Origin: an uncultured Verrucomicrobiae bacterium
GTDB lineage: Bacteria; Verrucomicrobiota; Verrucomicrobiia; Opitutales; JABDGR01
Reading direction: 5' to 3'
DNA: 64,000 nucleotides
Assembly: GCA_963765205.1 (NCBI GenBank)
Contig: CAVXVB010000005.1
Span: forward strand, 128,001-192,000
Under the pieces are notes generated by a model that saw only the letters and a program-made list of their open reading frames with translations, was not told the origin of the DNA and ran no database searches. Below, one piece after another: positions 55,564 through 64,000 of this stretch. The translations under genes and the position numbers were made by a program. How positions within the stretch are numbered: position 1 is the stretch's first letter; the number at the start of each line of letters is the position of its first letter.

Positions 55564-57483
55564 ATGGACAAAAAATACACTTTTTTCGGCGCGCTGTGCA
55601 TCATCGCCGCGATGATCCTTGGCTTCCAATCCATGCGCAACGACCAGGCGCTGGCGCAATACAAGGCCGCGCATCCGGAATTATTCAACCCGGCCCCCAC
55701 TCCGGCGGCGGACACGGGTGGAAGCGCGCCCGCCACCGGAATCTCTCCGAACGGCGGCCCGGCTGCGCCATCCCCGCAGATGGCCAATGGCACGGTGATG
55801 CCCGCACCGGCGGCCACGCCCGAACCGTCCACGCCCGCCGCCACCGTGCTGCTGCGTAACGATGATATAGATGTAACGCTGACCGAAGACGGCGGCGCGA
55901 TTAAAACCGTGGCACTCAAAAAGTCCCCCGCGAAAATTGACGGCGCGGATCCCGTCATGTTCAACGCCGGTGCGCCGCTGCCCGCGCTGGCACTGACGGT
56001 GCCGGTGCTGGTGAGCCCGAATGAGCCGCCGGGCACTTATTGGTCTTGGACGAACGGCAAGTCGGCGGTGAACGTCGCGGGCAACCCTGGCGTTCCGCCC
56101 AAGCCATTGCTAGTCCGTTACACCCTCGACCAGGCCACGACCACAGCGACGAGCGTCACTTTCCGCGGCATGACGGCCGACGGCCTCGAAATCACGCGCA
56201 CCTACACACTGGGTTCCGGCAACGAGGAACCCTACCTCATCCACCACATTACCACGATCGTCAACCATGGCGCCAATCCCGTGTCGCTCGCGCGGGTGTT
56301 CATTAACGCCGGCACGGCGCCCGTGCCAACGCCGGGCGCGAGTTCGCTGGCCCAGAATTATCTGGACTTTGGTTACTACGACGGCCAGTCGGCCAATTTT
56401 AACATCAACGTGGCGCAGTTTATGCCCACGCCGGCCAGGCTCTTCGGCCTTTTTGCCGCGCAACCGAAACAGAAAAGCGACGTTTACGGGGTGCAGCCCG
56501 CCGCCGACCTGCATTGGGTATCGGTTAAAGACCAGTTTTTCGCGACCGTGCTCATGCCCAAGGGCATCCTGGGGCAGGGGTTTTATGTGCGAGGCGTGGA
56601 CACCAAAGTCGGCGACACCACCCAGACGACCATCAGCGGCGACCTCGAATTGGACCTGGGCACGCTGGCGCCGGGCGACACGAAGAAACTGGAGCTCAGT
56701 TATTACGTCGGGCCGAAGCAATACCCACGGCTCGACCGCTTGGGCGACCACCAGGACTTGATCATGCAGTTCGGCTGGTTCAGCACCTTCAGCGAAATCC
56801 TGCTGGTGATTCTGACCGCGATCCATGCGGCCATCGCGCCGCTGATCGGCACCTGGGCGTGGGGTTGGACGATTATTGCCTTCACCCTCATTCTCAAGCT
56901 GGCGACCTGGCCGCTGACGGCCATCCAGGTGCGCTCGGCCAAGCGCATGGGGCAACTATCCGGGCCGATGAAGGCGCTGCGGGAAAAATACAAGGACAAC
57001 CCGCAGAAGATGCAGACCGAGGTGCTCGAACTTTACAAAAAATACAAGGTTAACCCCGCGGCCGGCTGCCTGCCGATGCTCATTACGTTCCCGGTTTTCA
57101 TCGCGTTCCAATACGTGCTGCGTACGTCCTCGGAGATGCGCTTCCAGCCCTTCCTCTGGATTCACGACCTCTCGATGCCCGACACCATCGCGCATTTTGC
57201 CGGCTTTTCACTCAACGTGCTCCCGCTGCTGATGACGGCCAGCATGATGCTCCAAATGCGCCTGACCCCGGCGCCCTCGGCGGACAACACCCAGAAGATG
57301 ATGATGCAGTTCATGCCGCTCATCTTTTTGGCCGGCTTTTACCGCATGCCCTCGGGCATGATTCTGTATTGGACATGCAACAATCTCTTGACCATTCTGC
57401 AGCAATACCTCACCAACCGCCGCAAAGATGTCCTGGTCGAGCCGGCCAAGGCTCCCGACCTCCCCAAAGCCAAGTGGCGGTGA
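55564..57483 (+). CDS. yidC: Membrane protein insertase YidC
   Basis: MDKK N-terminal TM, YVGPK, WGWTII, NPAAGCLP, WIHDLS.PD, LYWTCNN. Confidence 0.95.
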   Translation: MDKKYTFFGALCIIAAMILGFQSMRNDQALAQYKAAHPELFNPAPTPAADTGGSAPATGISPNGGPAAPSPQMANGTVMPAPAATPEPSTPAATVLLRNDDIDVTLTEDGGAIKTVALKKSPAKIDGADPVMFNAGAPLPALALTVPVLVSPNEPPGTYWSWTNGKSAVNVAGNPGVPPKPLLVRYTLDQATTTATSVTFRGMTADGLEITRTYTLGSGNEEPYLIHHITTIVNHGANPVSLARVFINAGTAPVPTPGASSLAQNYLDFGYYDGQSANFNINVAQFMPTPARLFGLFAAQPKQKSDVYGVQPAADLHWVSVKDQFFATVLMPKGILGQGFYVRGVDTKVGDTTQTTISGDLELDLGTLAPGDTKKLELSYYVGPKQYPRLDRLGDHQDLIMQFGWFSTFSEILLVILTAIHAAIAPLIGTWAWGWTIIAFTLILKLATWPLTAIQVRSAKRMGQLSGPMKALREKYKDNPQKMQTEVLELYKKYKVNPAAGCLPMLITFPVFIAFQYVLRTSSEMRFQPFLWIHDLSMPDTIAHFAGFSLNVLPLLMTASMMLQMRLTPAPSADNTQKMMMQFMPLIFLAGFYRMPSGMILYWTCNNLLTILQQYLTNRRKDVLVEPAKAPDLPKAKWR

Positions 57484-57495
57484 ACCCTTTCCTCC

Positions 57496-58236
57496 ATGTC
57501 TGGACACAGCAAATGGGCCACGACCAAGCGCCACAAGGCGGTCATTGACTCGAAGCGCGGAAAAATTTTCAGCGCCCTGAGCAAGGACATCACGCTCGCC
57601 GCCAAGGCCTCCGGCGGCGACCCCGTATCGAACTCACGCCTGCGCACCCTCATCCAAAAGGCCAAGGCGGCGAACATGCCCAACGACAACGTCGAACGCG
57701 CCATCAAGAAGGGCACCGGCGAAATCCCCGGCGTCATTTACGAGGAAGTCACCTACGAGGGCTTTGCCCACGGCGGCGTCGGCTTCATCGTGCAAGGCAC
57801 CACGGACAACAAGCAACGCGCGGTGGCCGAAGTGCGCGCCGTCCTGACCAAGTCCGGCGGCAACCTCGCCACCGCCGGCGCGCTCGCCTTCACCTTCCTG
57901 CATCGCGGCCAGTTCCTCATCTCCGCGGAAAAGACCACCGAGGACAAGCTCATGGAGGTTGTGCTCGACGCCGGCGCGGAAGACATCAAGGCCCACGGCG
58001 ACCATTTCGAGGTGCTTTGCCCCATCGCCGCCTACGACGCCGTCTCCGACGCGCTGGCCAAGGCCGGCATCCACCCGGACGAATCCGAACTCGCCTACAT
58101 CCCGCAAACGACCATGCCGGTCACGGACGCCGAAACCGCGAAAAAAGTCCTGCACCTCATCGAACAACTCGAAGCGCTGGACGACGTGAAGAGCGTTTTC
58201 ACAAATGCGGAGATTGATGAGCACGTTGCCGAATAA
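57496..58236 (+). CDS. YebC/PmpR family protein
   Basis: MSGHSKWATTKRHK, YEG, TDNKQR, LEALDDVKSV. Confidence 0.96.
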   Translation: MSGHSKWATTKRHKAVIDSKRGKIFSALSKDITLAAKASGGDPVSNSRLRTLIQKAKAANMPNDNVERAIKKGTGEIPGVIYEEVTYEGFAHGGVGFIVQGTTDNKQRAVAEVRAVLTKSGGNLATAGALAFTFLHRGQFLISAEKTTEDKLMEVVLDAGAEDIKAHGDHFEVLCPIAAYDAVSDALAKAGIHPDESELAYIPQTTMPVTDAETAKKVLHLIEQLEALDDVKSVFTNAEIDEHVAE

Positions 58237-58376
58237 TAGTTTCGAGTTTCGGTTTTCGAGTTGTGGGAATTTTTGTTTTTCCGTTTTGCCCGTGAAGGGG
58301 GTCTGGATGGACTGGCTCAATCAGGGGAAGTGTTTCGAGGGCCAACCCGAAACTCGAAACTCGAAACCCGAAACTA
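58237..58376. repeat. Inverted pair of (TTTCGAG)n/(AACTCGA)n heptamer arrays
   Basis: Arms 58237-58267 and 58343-58376; same family as 23051-23098. Confidence 0.88.
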
Positions 58377-58389
58377 ACTCTCGCTCCCG

Positions 58390-59670
58390 TCACCCCAAAA
58401 ACGGCAGTTCCTCGAATTTGCCGTGGAGGACGGCGGCGGGGTCGGTGTCGAGCCAGCGGTGGAGCACCGTCGCATACACTTGCCGGAAATCGATTTTGTA
58501 AACGAGGTCGTTCTTGTCGGGGATGTTCAAATCGGGCACCTCGCCAATGGGGCCGCCTTGCTTTAGCGCCCCGCTCATCACGAACAGCGGCGCGGCGGTG
58601 CCGTGGTCGGTGCCCTGCGCGTCGTTTTCGTGCGGGCGCCGGCCAAATTCGGAGAAGGTCATCGTTAGCACTTGCTTGTCCAAGCCGTGCGCTTCGAGGT
58701 CCTTTTGAAACGCGGCCAGGGAATTAGACAGGTCGCCAAGAAGGTTTTGGTGGGGGTTGAACTGGTTGGCGTGCGTGTCGTAGCCGCCCTGCTGGCAAAA
58801 ATACACACGCGTCTCCAGCCCGGAGGCGATGAGGGCCGACACTTTTTGCAGCGATTGCGCGAGCATGCTGCCGGGATATTGCGCCAGCGGCTTGTAGTCG
58901 TTCAAAACCTGCGCCACGCGCTTTTCCGTGACGAGCGCGTCCATCAGCGTGTGGCTGAGAAAGAGGCCGGTGTCGCCGGCGGGCGCGATGGTGGCGAATT
59001 CATCGAGCAGGGGCTTGTAAGGCGCGCCGTCCACGCGGCGGCGCACGCGTTGGTTGGCGCGGAAGTTGCCGTTGATGCTGAATAAATTCTGCGGGGTCTG
59101 TGAAAAAAATGTCTGCGGCAGGGTGACGGTCGAGTGGACGGCGTTCGGGTCGGAATCCTGGCTGTCCGTGGGCGCGCCGCTGCAGCAGTTGTCCAGATAG
59201 CGGCCCATCCAGCCGTCGGGGAGGAACGTGTCCGCGTCGCTGGCGGTTTCCCAGATCTCGCTCGAACGGAAATGGCTGTGGTTCGGATTCGGGTAGCCGA
59301 CGTTTTGGATCACGGCGAATTTGCCCTCTTTAGCCAGCTCGGCAATAGCTCCGCAGGGCGGCGCGAGCGCGACGTGGTCGTCGAGCTTGTGCATCGTCGA
59401 GACATCCTTGAGGCCGAGGCGCGGGCGCAGGGCGTAATACCGGTCGTCGGCGTAGGGGACGACGGTATTGAGTCCGTCATTGCCGCCGGCCAGCTGCACG
59501 AGCACGAGGATGCGCTGGTCTTTTTCCGGCGCGGGCACGTTGGCTGCGGCGGCCTGGGTCAGAAAGCGCGGGGCGTAGGAACTGAAGGCCAGCAGCCCGA
59601 GGCCTGAGCCGGTCAGGCGCAAAAATTCGCGGCGGGTCGTGGGCAGGCGGGAATGGGAAAGGTTGTTCAT
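58390..59670 (-). CDS. DUF1501 domain protein (Tat signal)
   Basis: TRREFL, QLAGGNDGLN, GYPNPNHSHF, GGYDTHANQ, FSEFGRR, GTDHG. Confidence 0.93.
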   Translation of the reverse strand: MNNLSHSRLPTTRREFLRLTGSGLGLLAFSSYAPRFLTQAAAANVPAPEKDQRILVLVQLAGGNDGLNTVVPYADDRYYALRPRLGLKDVSTMHKLDDHVALAPPCGAIAELAKEGKFAVIQNVGYPNPNHSHFRSSEIWETASDADTFLPDGWMGRYLDNCCSGAPTDSQDSDPNAVHSTVTLPQTFFSQTPQNLFSINGNFRANQRVRRRVDGAPYKPLLDEFATIAPAGDTGLFLSHTLMDALVTEKRVAQVLNDYKPLAQYPGSMLAQSLQKVSALIASGLETRVYFCQQGGYDTHANQFNPHQNLLGDLSNSLAAFQKDLEAHGLDKQVLTMTFSEFGRRPHENDAQGTDHGTAAPLFVMSGALKQGGPIGEVPDLNIPDKNDLVYKIDFRQVYATVLHRWLDTDPAAVLHGKFEELPFLG

Positions 59671-59685
59671 GGCGTCCTCCGCGGG

Positions 59686-61266
59686 TTAGCAGACGTGGTA
59701 TTCCGGCGCCTGAAACAGGGCGACGGCGACATCGCTCACCAGCTGCACGCGCGCCCCTTGGTCGTTCTGCATGTAGTCCAAAATATCGCTGCGGTAAGTG
59801 TCGGTGGTTTCGCCCGCGAGAAAATAGTTTAACAATTCGTCGGCAATCTCCTCGTTGGATTTGGCGGCGAGCATTTGCAGGCGGTCGTTGCCCATCGTGA
59901 TGACACCGCGGCCGGCCTGGCGCTCGGCAGCCAGCTTCATCTTCAGATCGGCGGTCAAGTTGTTTTCGACGCCGGGATTGAAAAGCTGCTGCACGAGTTG
60001 CCGCCGCGCCGCCAGGGTCGAGGAATTAATCCAGTTTTTGCCGCCGAGCCAGCCGCGCACGTTCGGCGGGTTGAACGGCTCCTGCCCCATCGAGCGTAGC
60101 GTGTTGTAAATCTGGCCCTCAAACGGCGACACATCCAGGTTCAAGTCCTGGCACAGGCCGAGGTAGTATTGGATGGGGCTTTTGACCAGCGCGCCGCGAA
60201 AGGCCGGATGGTAGAAAAGATTCGAGGAAAAAACCAGGCGCGCCAGCAAATCCACGCGCAGTCCCGCTTGATCCCATTGGCGCCCGAGTTCTTCCAGATA
60301 CGGCGCGGGAACGGGGTCCGGGGTCAGATAATAGGCGAGGAAGCGGCGCGGTAGGTGGGTGCGGGACGTGGGCTGCGCGAAAATCAAATCAATCACGTCT
60401 TCCGCGCCCCAGCGGCCGGCCTGGCCAAAAATGGTCTTGGTGCCCGGGTCCCAGCGCTGGGTGGCCACCACGCCCGCTTCATTGCGGATCACGATGCCGG
60501 TGAGGGCGCGCGCCGCCTCCTTGATGTCGCCTTCCGAATAGTGCCCCTCGCCGAGGGTGAACAGCTCCATCACTTCGCGCGCGTAATTTTCATTCGGCCC
60601 GTTGCGCTCGCTCGTGTTCAGATCCAGATACTGGATCATCGCCGGCGAGAAGGTTACCAACTTCATCATATACGGATACGATTGTTGCCAGGCGTTGCGC
60701 AACAGGTCGGTGTGCGCGTAGAGCCGCGTCGGGTCCTTCACCTTGCTTTGCCCGACCACCAGCACGTTGCTCAAAAACATGACCAGGTTTTCTTGCGCGG
60801 AATTTTCCGGCTTGGCCGCGAAAGCCAGCCAGCTTTGCACGTAGTCGAGAAACGACTGGCGTTCGAGTTGGTTGATTTCCTGGTTGAGCTGCTGGCGCGC
60901 TTGCGCGGCGGCGGTCGGGGGAGTGGCCGCGGAAGCCGTGCCCGCGGCGGGCGCCCGGTTCGCGCCTCCGGCCCGGCCTCCGCGGGTAACCGCGGGCGCG
61001 GGAGGCGGGGCGTCCATGGCCGTCAAATCCATGCGCTTTTGCATGTAATCGCCCAGGCTCGCGGGCATGCTATAGGGGCGAATATTCCCAAACGCCAGTT
61101 CGAGGGTGCCCGGCAAGCCGAGCTTGAACGCCTGTTGCACCCGGTCCGGCGTCGCGGAGAACCCGATGCGGTGCAGCAGGTGCCGCGCATTGTCCAGGCT
61201 CCAGTCCGCCGCTTTCAGCGGTGCCCAGGCTTGCGACGGGCTAAACGTTGCCGGGTTCAGGGACAT
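59686..61266 (-). CDS. DUF1800 domain protein
   Basis: ARHLLHRIGF, SPAMIQYLD, PNENYAREVMELFTLG, PPNVRGW. Confidence 0.93.
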   Translation of the reverse strand: MSLNPATFSPSQAWAPLKAADWSLDNARHLLHRIGFSATPDRVQQAFKLGLPGTLELAFGNIRPYSMPASLGDYMQKRMDLTAMDAPPPAPAVTRGGRAGGANRAPAAGTASAATPPTAAAQARQQLNQEINQLERQSFLDYVQSWLAFAAKPENSAQENLVMFLSNVLVVGQSKVKDPTRLYAHTDLLRNAWQQSYPYMMKLVTFSPAMIQYLDLNTSERNGPNENYAREVMELFTLGEGHYSEGDIKEAARALTGIVIRNEAGVVATQRWDPGTKTIFGQAGRWGAEDVIDLIFAQPTSRTHLPRRFLAYYLTPDPVPAPYLEELGRQWDQAGLRVDLLARLVFSSNLFYHPAFRGALVKSPIQYYLGLCQDLNLDVSPFEGQIYNTLRSMGQEPFNPPNVRGWLGGKNWINSSTLAARRQLVQQLFNPGVENNLTADLKMKLAAERQAGRGVITMGNDRLQMLAAKSNEEIADELLNYFLAGETTDTYRSDILDYMQNDQGARVQLVSDVAVALFQAPEYHVC

Positions 61267-61418
61267 GGGGGGCCTTTTCCTTTACGACTCTATAAACAAA
61301 AACCACGGGGATAGGTTTCGGCCTAACTGCTAAAAATATATGAATAATCCGCCAAAACGCAAAGCCAATCAGCGTTAAAAATGAGTCAAACTACCCAGGA
61401 GATCCGGCGTGGCGGAAA

Positions 61419-61889
61419 TTATTTTTGCCGGTTGCGCCAATAGTCGCGGAACGCCTCCAGCCGCGGCAGGCTTTCGCGGTCTTTCGCGCGGTTGGCGGCG
61501 CGCTTGCTTTTGATGATGTCATCCGGATGGCAGACATGAAACCCATCCACCTCCACACGCCGCGCCCACGCTTCGGCAAAGGTTTCCAAGCCGTCGGGCG
61601 CAAACACCAGATCAAGGTCAAACGGGCCGGTCTTCAACTGCACGAAATCTTTGCCGCGGGCAATTTCCGCCGCCTGGGTGTCGCTCAATGAAAATCCCAG
61701 TTCGCGCAACGCCGCCACCAGGGCCGCGCCGTTCTGCGCGGACTTTTGCACAAACAAATCGGCGTCCTGGGTGGTATCGGGATAGCCGAGGAGAATGGCG
61801 CCGGATTTGCCGATGAACAAATACTGGATGCCGTGCCGTGCAAACGCGTCGCGGATTTCCTGCGCCTGCCGGTATTCAAAAGTCGCCAT
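61419..61889 (-). CDS. Nucleotidyltransferase (DUF6036/AbiEii-like, pol-beta fold)
   Basis: YLFIGKSGAILLGYPDTTQDADL, DLDL, IIKSKRAANRAKD. Confidence 0.8.
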   Translation of the reverse strand: MATFEYRQAQEIRDAFARHGIQYLFIGKSGAILLGYPDTTQDADLFVQKSAQNGAALVAALRELGFSLSDTQAAEIARGKDFVQLKTGPFDLDLVFAPDGLETFAEAWARRVEVDGFHVCHPDDIIKSKRAANRAKDRESLPRLEAFRDYWRNRQK

Positions 61890-61896
61890 GCGGGTA

Positions 61897-62118
61897 TTAC
61901 CGATGATAGCCCAGCCAGGTGGGCAGATTATTTTCGCACCACGTCCGGTATTCTTCCATGGTGTCAAAGGCCCGGAACGGCGCGTCATCCAACACCGGCT
62001 TGTAGGTGCGGATAAAAGCGTAGCGCATCCGCTGTTCGAGCGGGCGCCGGGCGGCGGCTTCAAATTCCGCCAGCCAGTCGGCAGGGATGGTGCGCGTAGC
62101 GGAGGGCATGGTCGGCAT
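61897..62118 (-). CDS. Small hypothetical partner protein upstream of the NTase
   Basis: 73 aa, ends 8 nt before the NTase start; alternative start 62109. Confidence 0.65.
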   Translation of the reverse strand: MPTMPSATRTIPADWLAEFEAAARRPLEQRMRYAFIRTYKPVLDDAPFRAFDTMEEYRTWCENNLPTWLGYHR

Positions 62119-62200
62119 CTTGCGGCAATATCGAAAAATGTCAATCTGTTCAGGTCGTCGGCGGCGAAGCAATTTGGTTCCGGTTCATCAAGAGGGCTAA

Positions 62201-63082
62201 GAGCTTATCCGTAAATAAGGATTGCGTTGAGAAGGCGGCGGGATAAACTGCGGGGATGCCGCGACTATCCTCCTGGGAAATCTCTGATGAATTCTGGGCC
62301 AAAGTCGAGCCTTTGGTTCCCGCGCGCGCCGGCCGGAAGGCGGGCGGGCGCTACCGTCGCGCCGCAGGCGCGGGCCGCAAGGCCCTCGCGCCTCGACGCA
62401 TCTTCGAGGCGGTGGTTTACGTGCTGCGCACGGGTTGCCAGTGGAAAGCGCTGTCCAAGGCCCGGTATGGCAGCGCCAGTTCCGTGCACAAATACTTTCA
62501 GCAGTGGCACGCCGCCGGATTCTTCGAGGCGTTGTGGCGGGCCGGTCTGGCCGACTACGATGAATTGGAGGGCATCGCGTGGCGGTGGCAAAGCATCGAT
62601 GGCTCCCTGGTCAAGGCCCCTCTGGCGCGCGAAGCGGTGGGAGCCAACCCCACCGACCGGGGAAAAAAATGGGAGCAAGCGCAGCGTGCTGGTGGACGCC
62701 CGTGGCGTCCCGCTGTCGCTCATCGTCGCCGGGGCCAATGAACACGACGTGACGCTGGTGCGCCGCACGTTGCGCCAGCGCCACGACCGGCGCACGGCCC
62801 ATTTGTGTGCCGACAAGGGTTACTGGGGGAAACCGGGCCTGCGCACCATGCGCCAATACGGCTACCGTCCGCATGTGCCTGCCCGCGGAGCCAAACCAGC
62901 CCCGCGCCGATCCACCGGCCAAGCCCGTCGCTGGGTGGTGGAACGCACCGCTTCCTGGCTCAACCGCTACCGCAAACTCCTCGTGCGGTTTGAGAAAACC
63001 GCCGCCTCCCACGAAGCCTTGCTCTGTCTCGCCAGCGCGCTTATTGTTTACAGACGAACAACTTTTATTTACGGATAAGCTC
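62201..63082 (+). mobile_element. IS5-family insertion sequence (IS1031/IS427-like), 882 bp
   Basis: Perfect 18-bp TIRs GAGCTTATCCGTAAATAA (62201-62218, 63065-63082); TAA target duplication at 62198-62200 and 63083-63085. Confidence 0.95.
62256..63078 (+). CDS. IS5-family transposase, split at GGGGAAAAAAA (62659-62669)
   Basis: YVLRTGCQWKAL, SIDGS, GANPTDRGK then GSKRSVLVD, ADKGY, RWVVERT, RFEK. Confidence 0.92.
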
Positions 63083-63198
63083 TAAGCTAAACACAGGAAC
63101 CAGTTGCTCCCGGTCCAGGAGAAATCAAAGTCTGATTGCTATTTTGCAATATACTGTGAGGTGCTGGAGGAGTTTCGTTTGGTACTGCCAAGCTTCCG

Positions 63199-64000
63199 TC
63201 ACCGCCGGGTCGTTTTATAAATGCGCGGGACGCGTTGGGTGATCGAGCAAAAAGTTTCCCAGGGGATGCAGTCGCACCAGCCGCTGAATTCCGCCACGCC
63301 GATGCGGGCGCCGTCCTGTTCGCCAATCAGCGTCGCCTGGTCGCCGACCGCCACTTCGCGCAGCGCGGACACGTCCACAATGGTCGAGTCCATCGAAACG
63401 CGGCCCAGCACGGGGCAGCGTTGGCCGCGAATCAGGATTTGCGCGCGGTTGCTCGCGGCCGTCGGCAGGCCGTCACCATAACCGGCGGTAAGGATGGCGA
63501 CGCGCGATTCGCGCGCCAGTGTGTGCGTGCGCCCGTAGCCGACGCCCGTGCCCGCGGGCAGCGTCTTCACCAGCCCGACGCGCGTGTGGAACGACAAAAC
63601 CGGGTCGGGCCGCAGGCGCGAGAGCAGCGAGTCCGGGTAGGGCAGCAGGCCGAATTGGAGCAGGCCGACGCGCACGGCGTTGATGGGGCTGTCCGCCGCG
63701 AAACTTTCGAGGCCCGCGCTGTTGTCGGCGTGGATGAGGAAGCCCGCCGGGTCGGGCGGCGCGGGCAGCTCGCGCAGCGTATCCAAAAATAACTGGCGCT
63801 GGTGCGCGGTGAAGGCCGGGTCGGTGTCCGCGCACGAAAAATGGGTGAAGACGCCCCGCCAGGCCAGGTGCGGCGCGGCCGCCAGTTGCCGCGCCAGCGC
63901 CGGGGCGTCGCGGTGCCAGACGCCGAGGCGCCCCATGCCGGTGTCAATTTTCAGGTGCGCGGCGAGTTTGCGCCCGGCGGCCTCGCCGGCGGCGTCGAGG
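63199..64000 (-). CDS. alr: Alanine racemase (5' part outside window)
   Basis: HLKIDTGMGRLG, VFTHF, H..NSAG, VRVG, VGYG, GYGDG, GRVSMD. Confidence 0.95.
   Translation of the reverse strand, partial: LDAAGEAAGRKLAAHLKIDTGMGRLGVWHRDAPALARQLAAAPHLAWRGVFTHFSCADTDPAFTAHQRQLFLDTLRELPAPPDPAGFLIHADNSAGLESFAADSPINAVRVGLLQFGLLPYPDSLLSRLRPDPVLSFHTRVGLVKTLPAGTGVGYGRTHTLARESRVAILTAGYGDGLPTAASNRAQILIRGQRCPVLGRVSMDSTIVDVSALREVAVGDQATLIGEQDGARIGVAEFSGWCDCIPWETFCSITQRVPRIYKTTRR

Noticed and set aside
1..64000. tRNA, rRNA, riboswitch, integron or prophage
   Set aside because: No cloverleaf or rRNA-like segments, integrase, attC-like array or phage structural genes recognised by eye; a covariance-model search was not possible

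Overview
GC-rich bacterial chromosomal window, most consistent with Verrucomicrobiota, probably Opitutia. This is inferred from the DUF1800/DUF1501 pair, a TM-anchored ECF sigma factor, an SHD1 domain, the cyclophilin C-terminal domain and the rplY-pth-rpsF-ssb-rplI-dnaB-bamA order. Most of the window is housekeeping: rplY, pth, rpsF, ssb, rplI, dnaB, bamA, fabG-acpP-fabF, leuS, lpxI, rpmH-rnpA-yidD-yidC, yebC, alr, xth, MoxR-DUF58-transglutaminase, tatA x2, aroK and a dus family gene. Small accessory inserts interrupt it: an MmeI-like RM gene, a HEPN-like gene, a Y1 transposase flanked by REP-like inverted repeats, a YafQ-type TA module integrated at a duplicated fabG 3' end, an NTase pair, an IS5-family element and AT-rich gene fragments. 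The most striking unexplained pattern is about 15 gene junctions carrying short (7-9 nt unit) degenerate tandem repeats. They are mostly arranged as inverted arm pairs and come from a few recurring families. At two loci one arm is duplicated as a direct repeat around foreign-looking cargo, which suggests the repeats act as docking or recombination sites for gene cassettes. Seven single-base frameshifts in six genes, all at short homopolymers, look like long-read assembly errors. No rRNA, tRNA or CRISPR array was seen.
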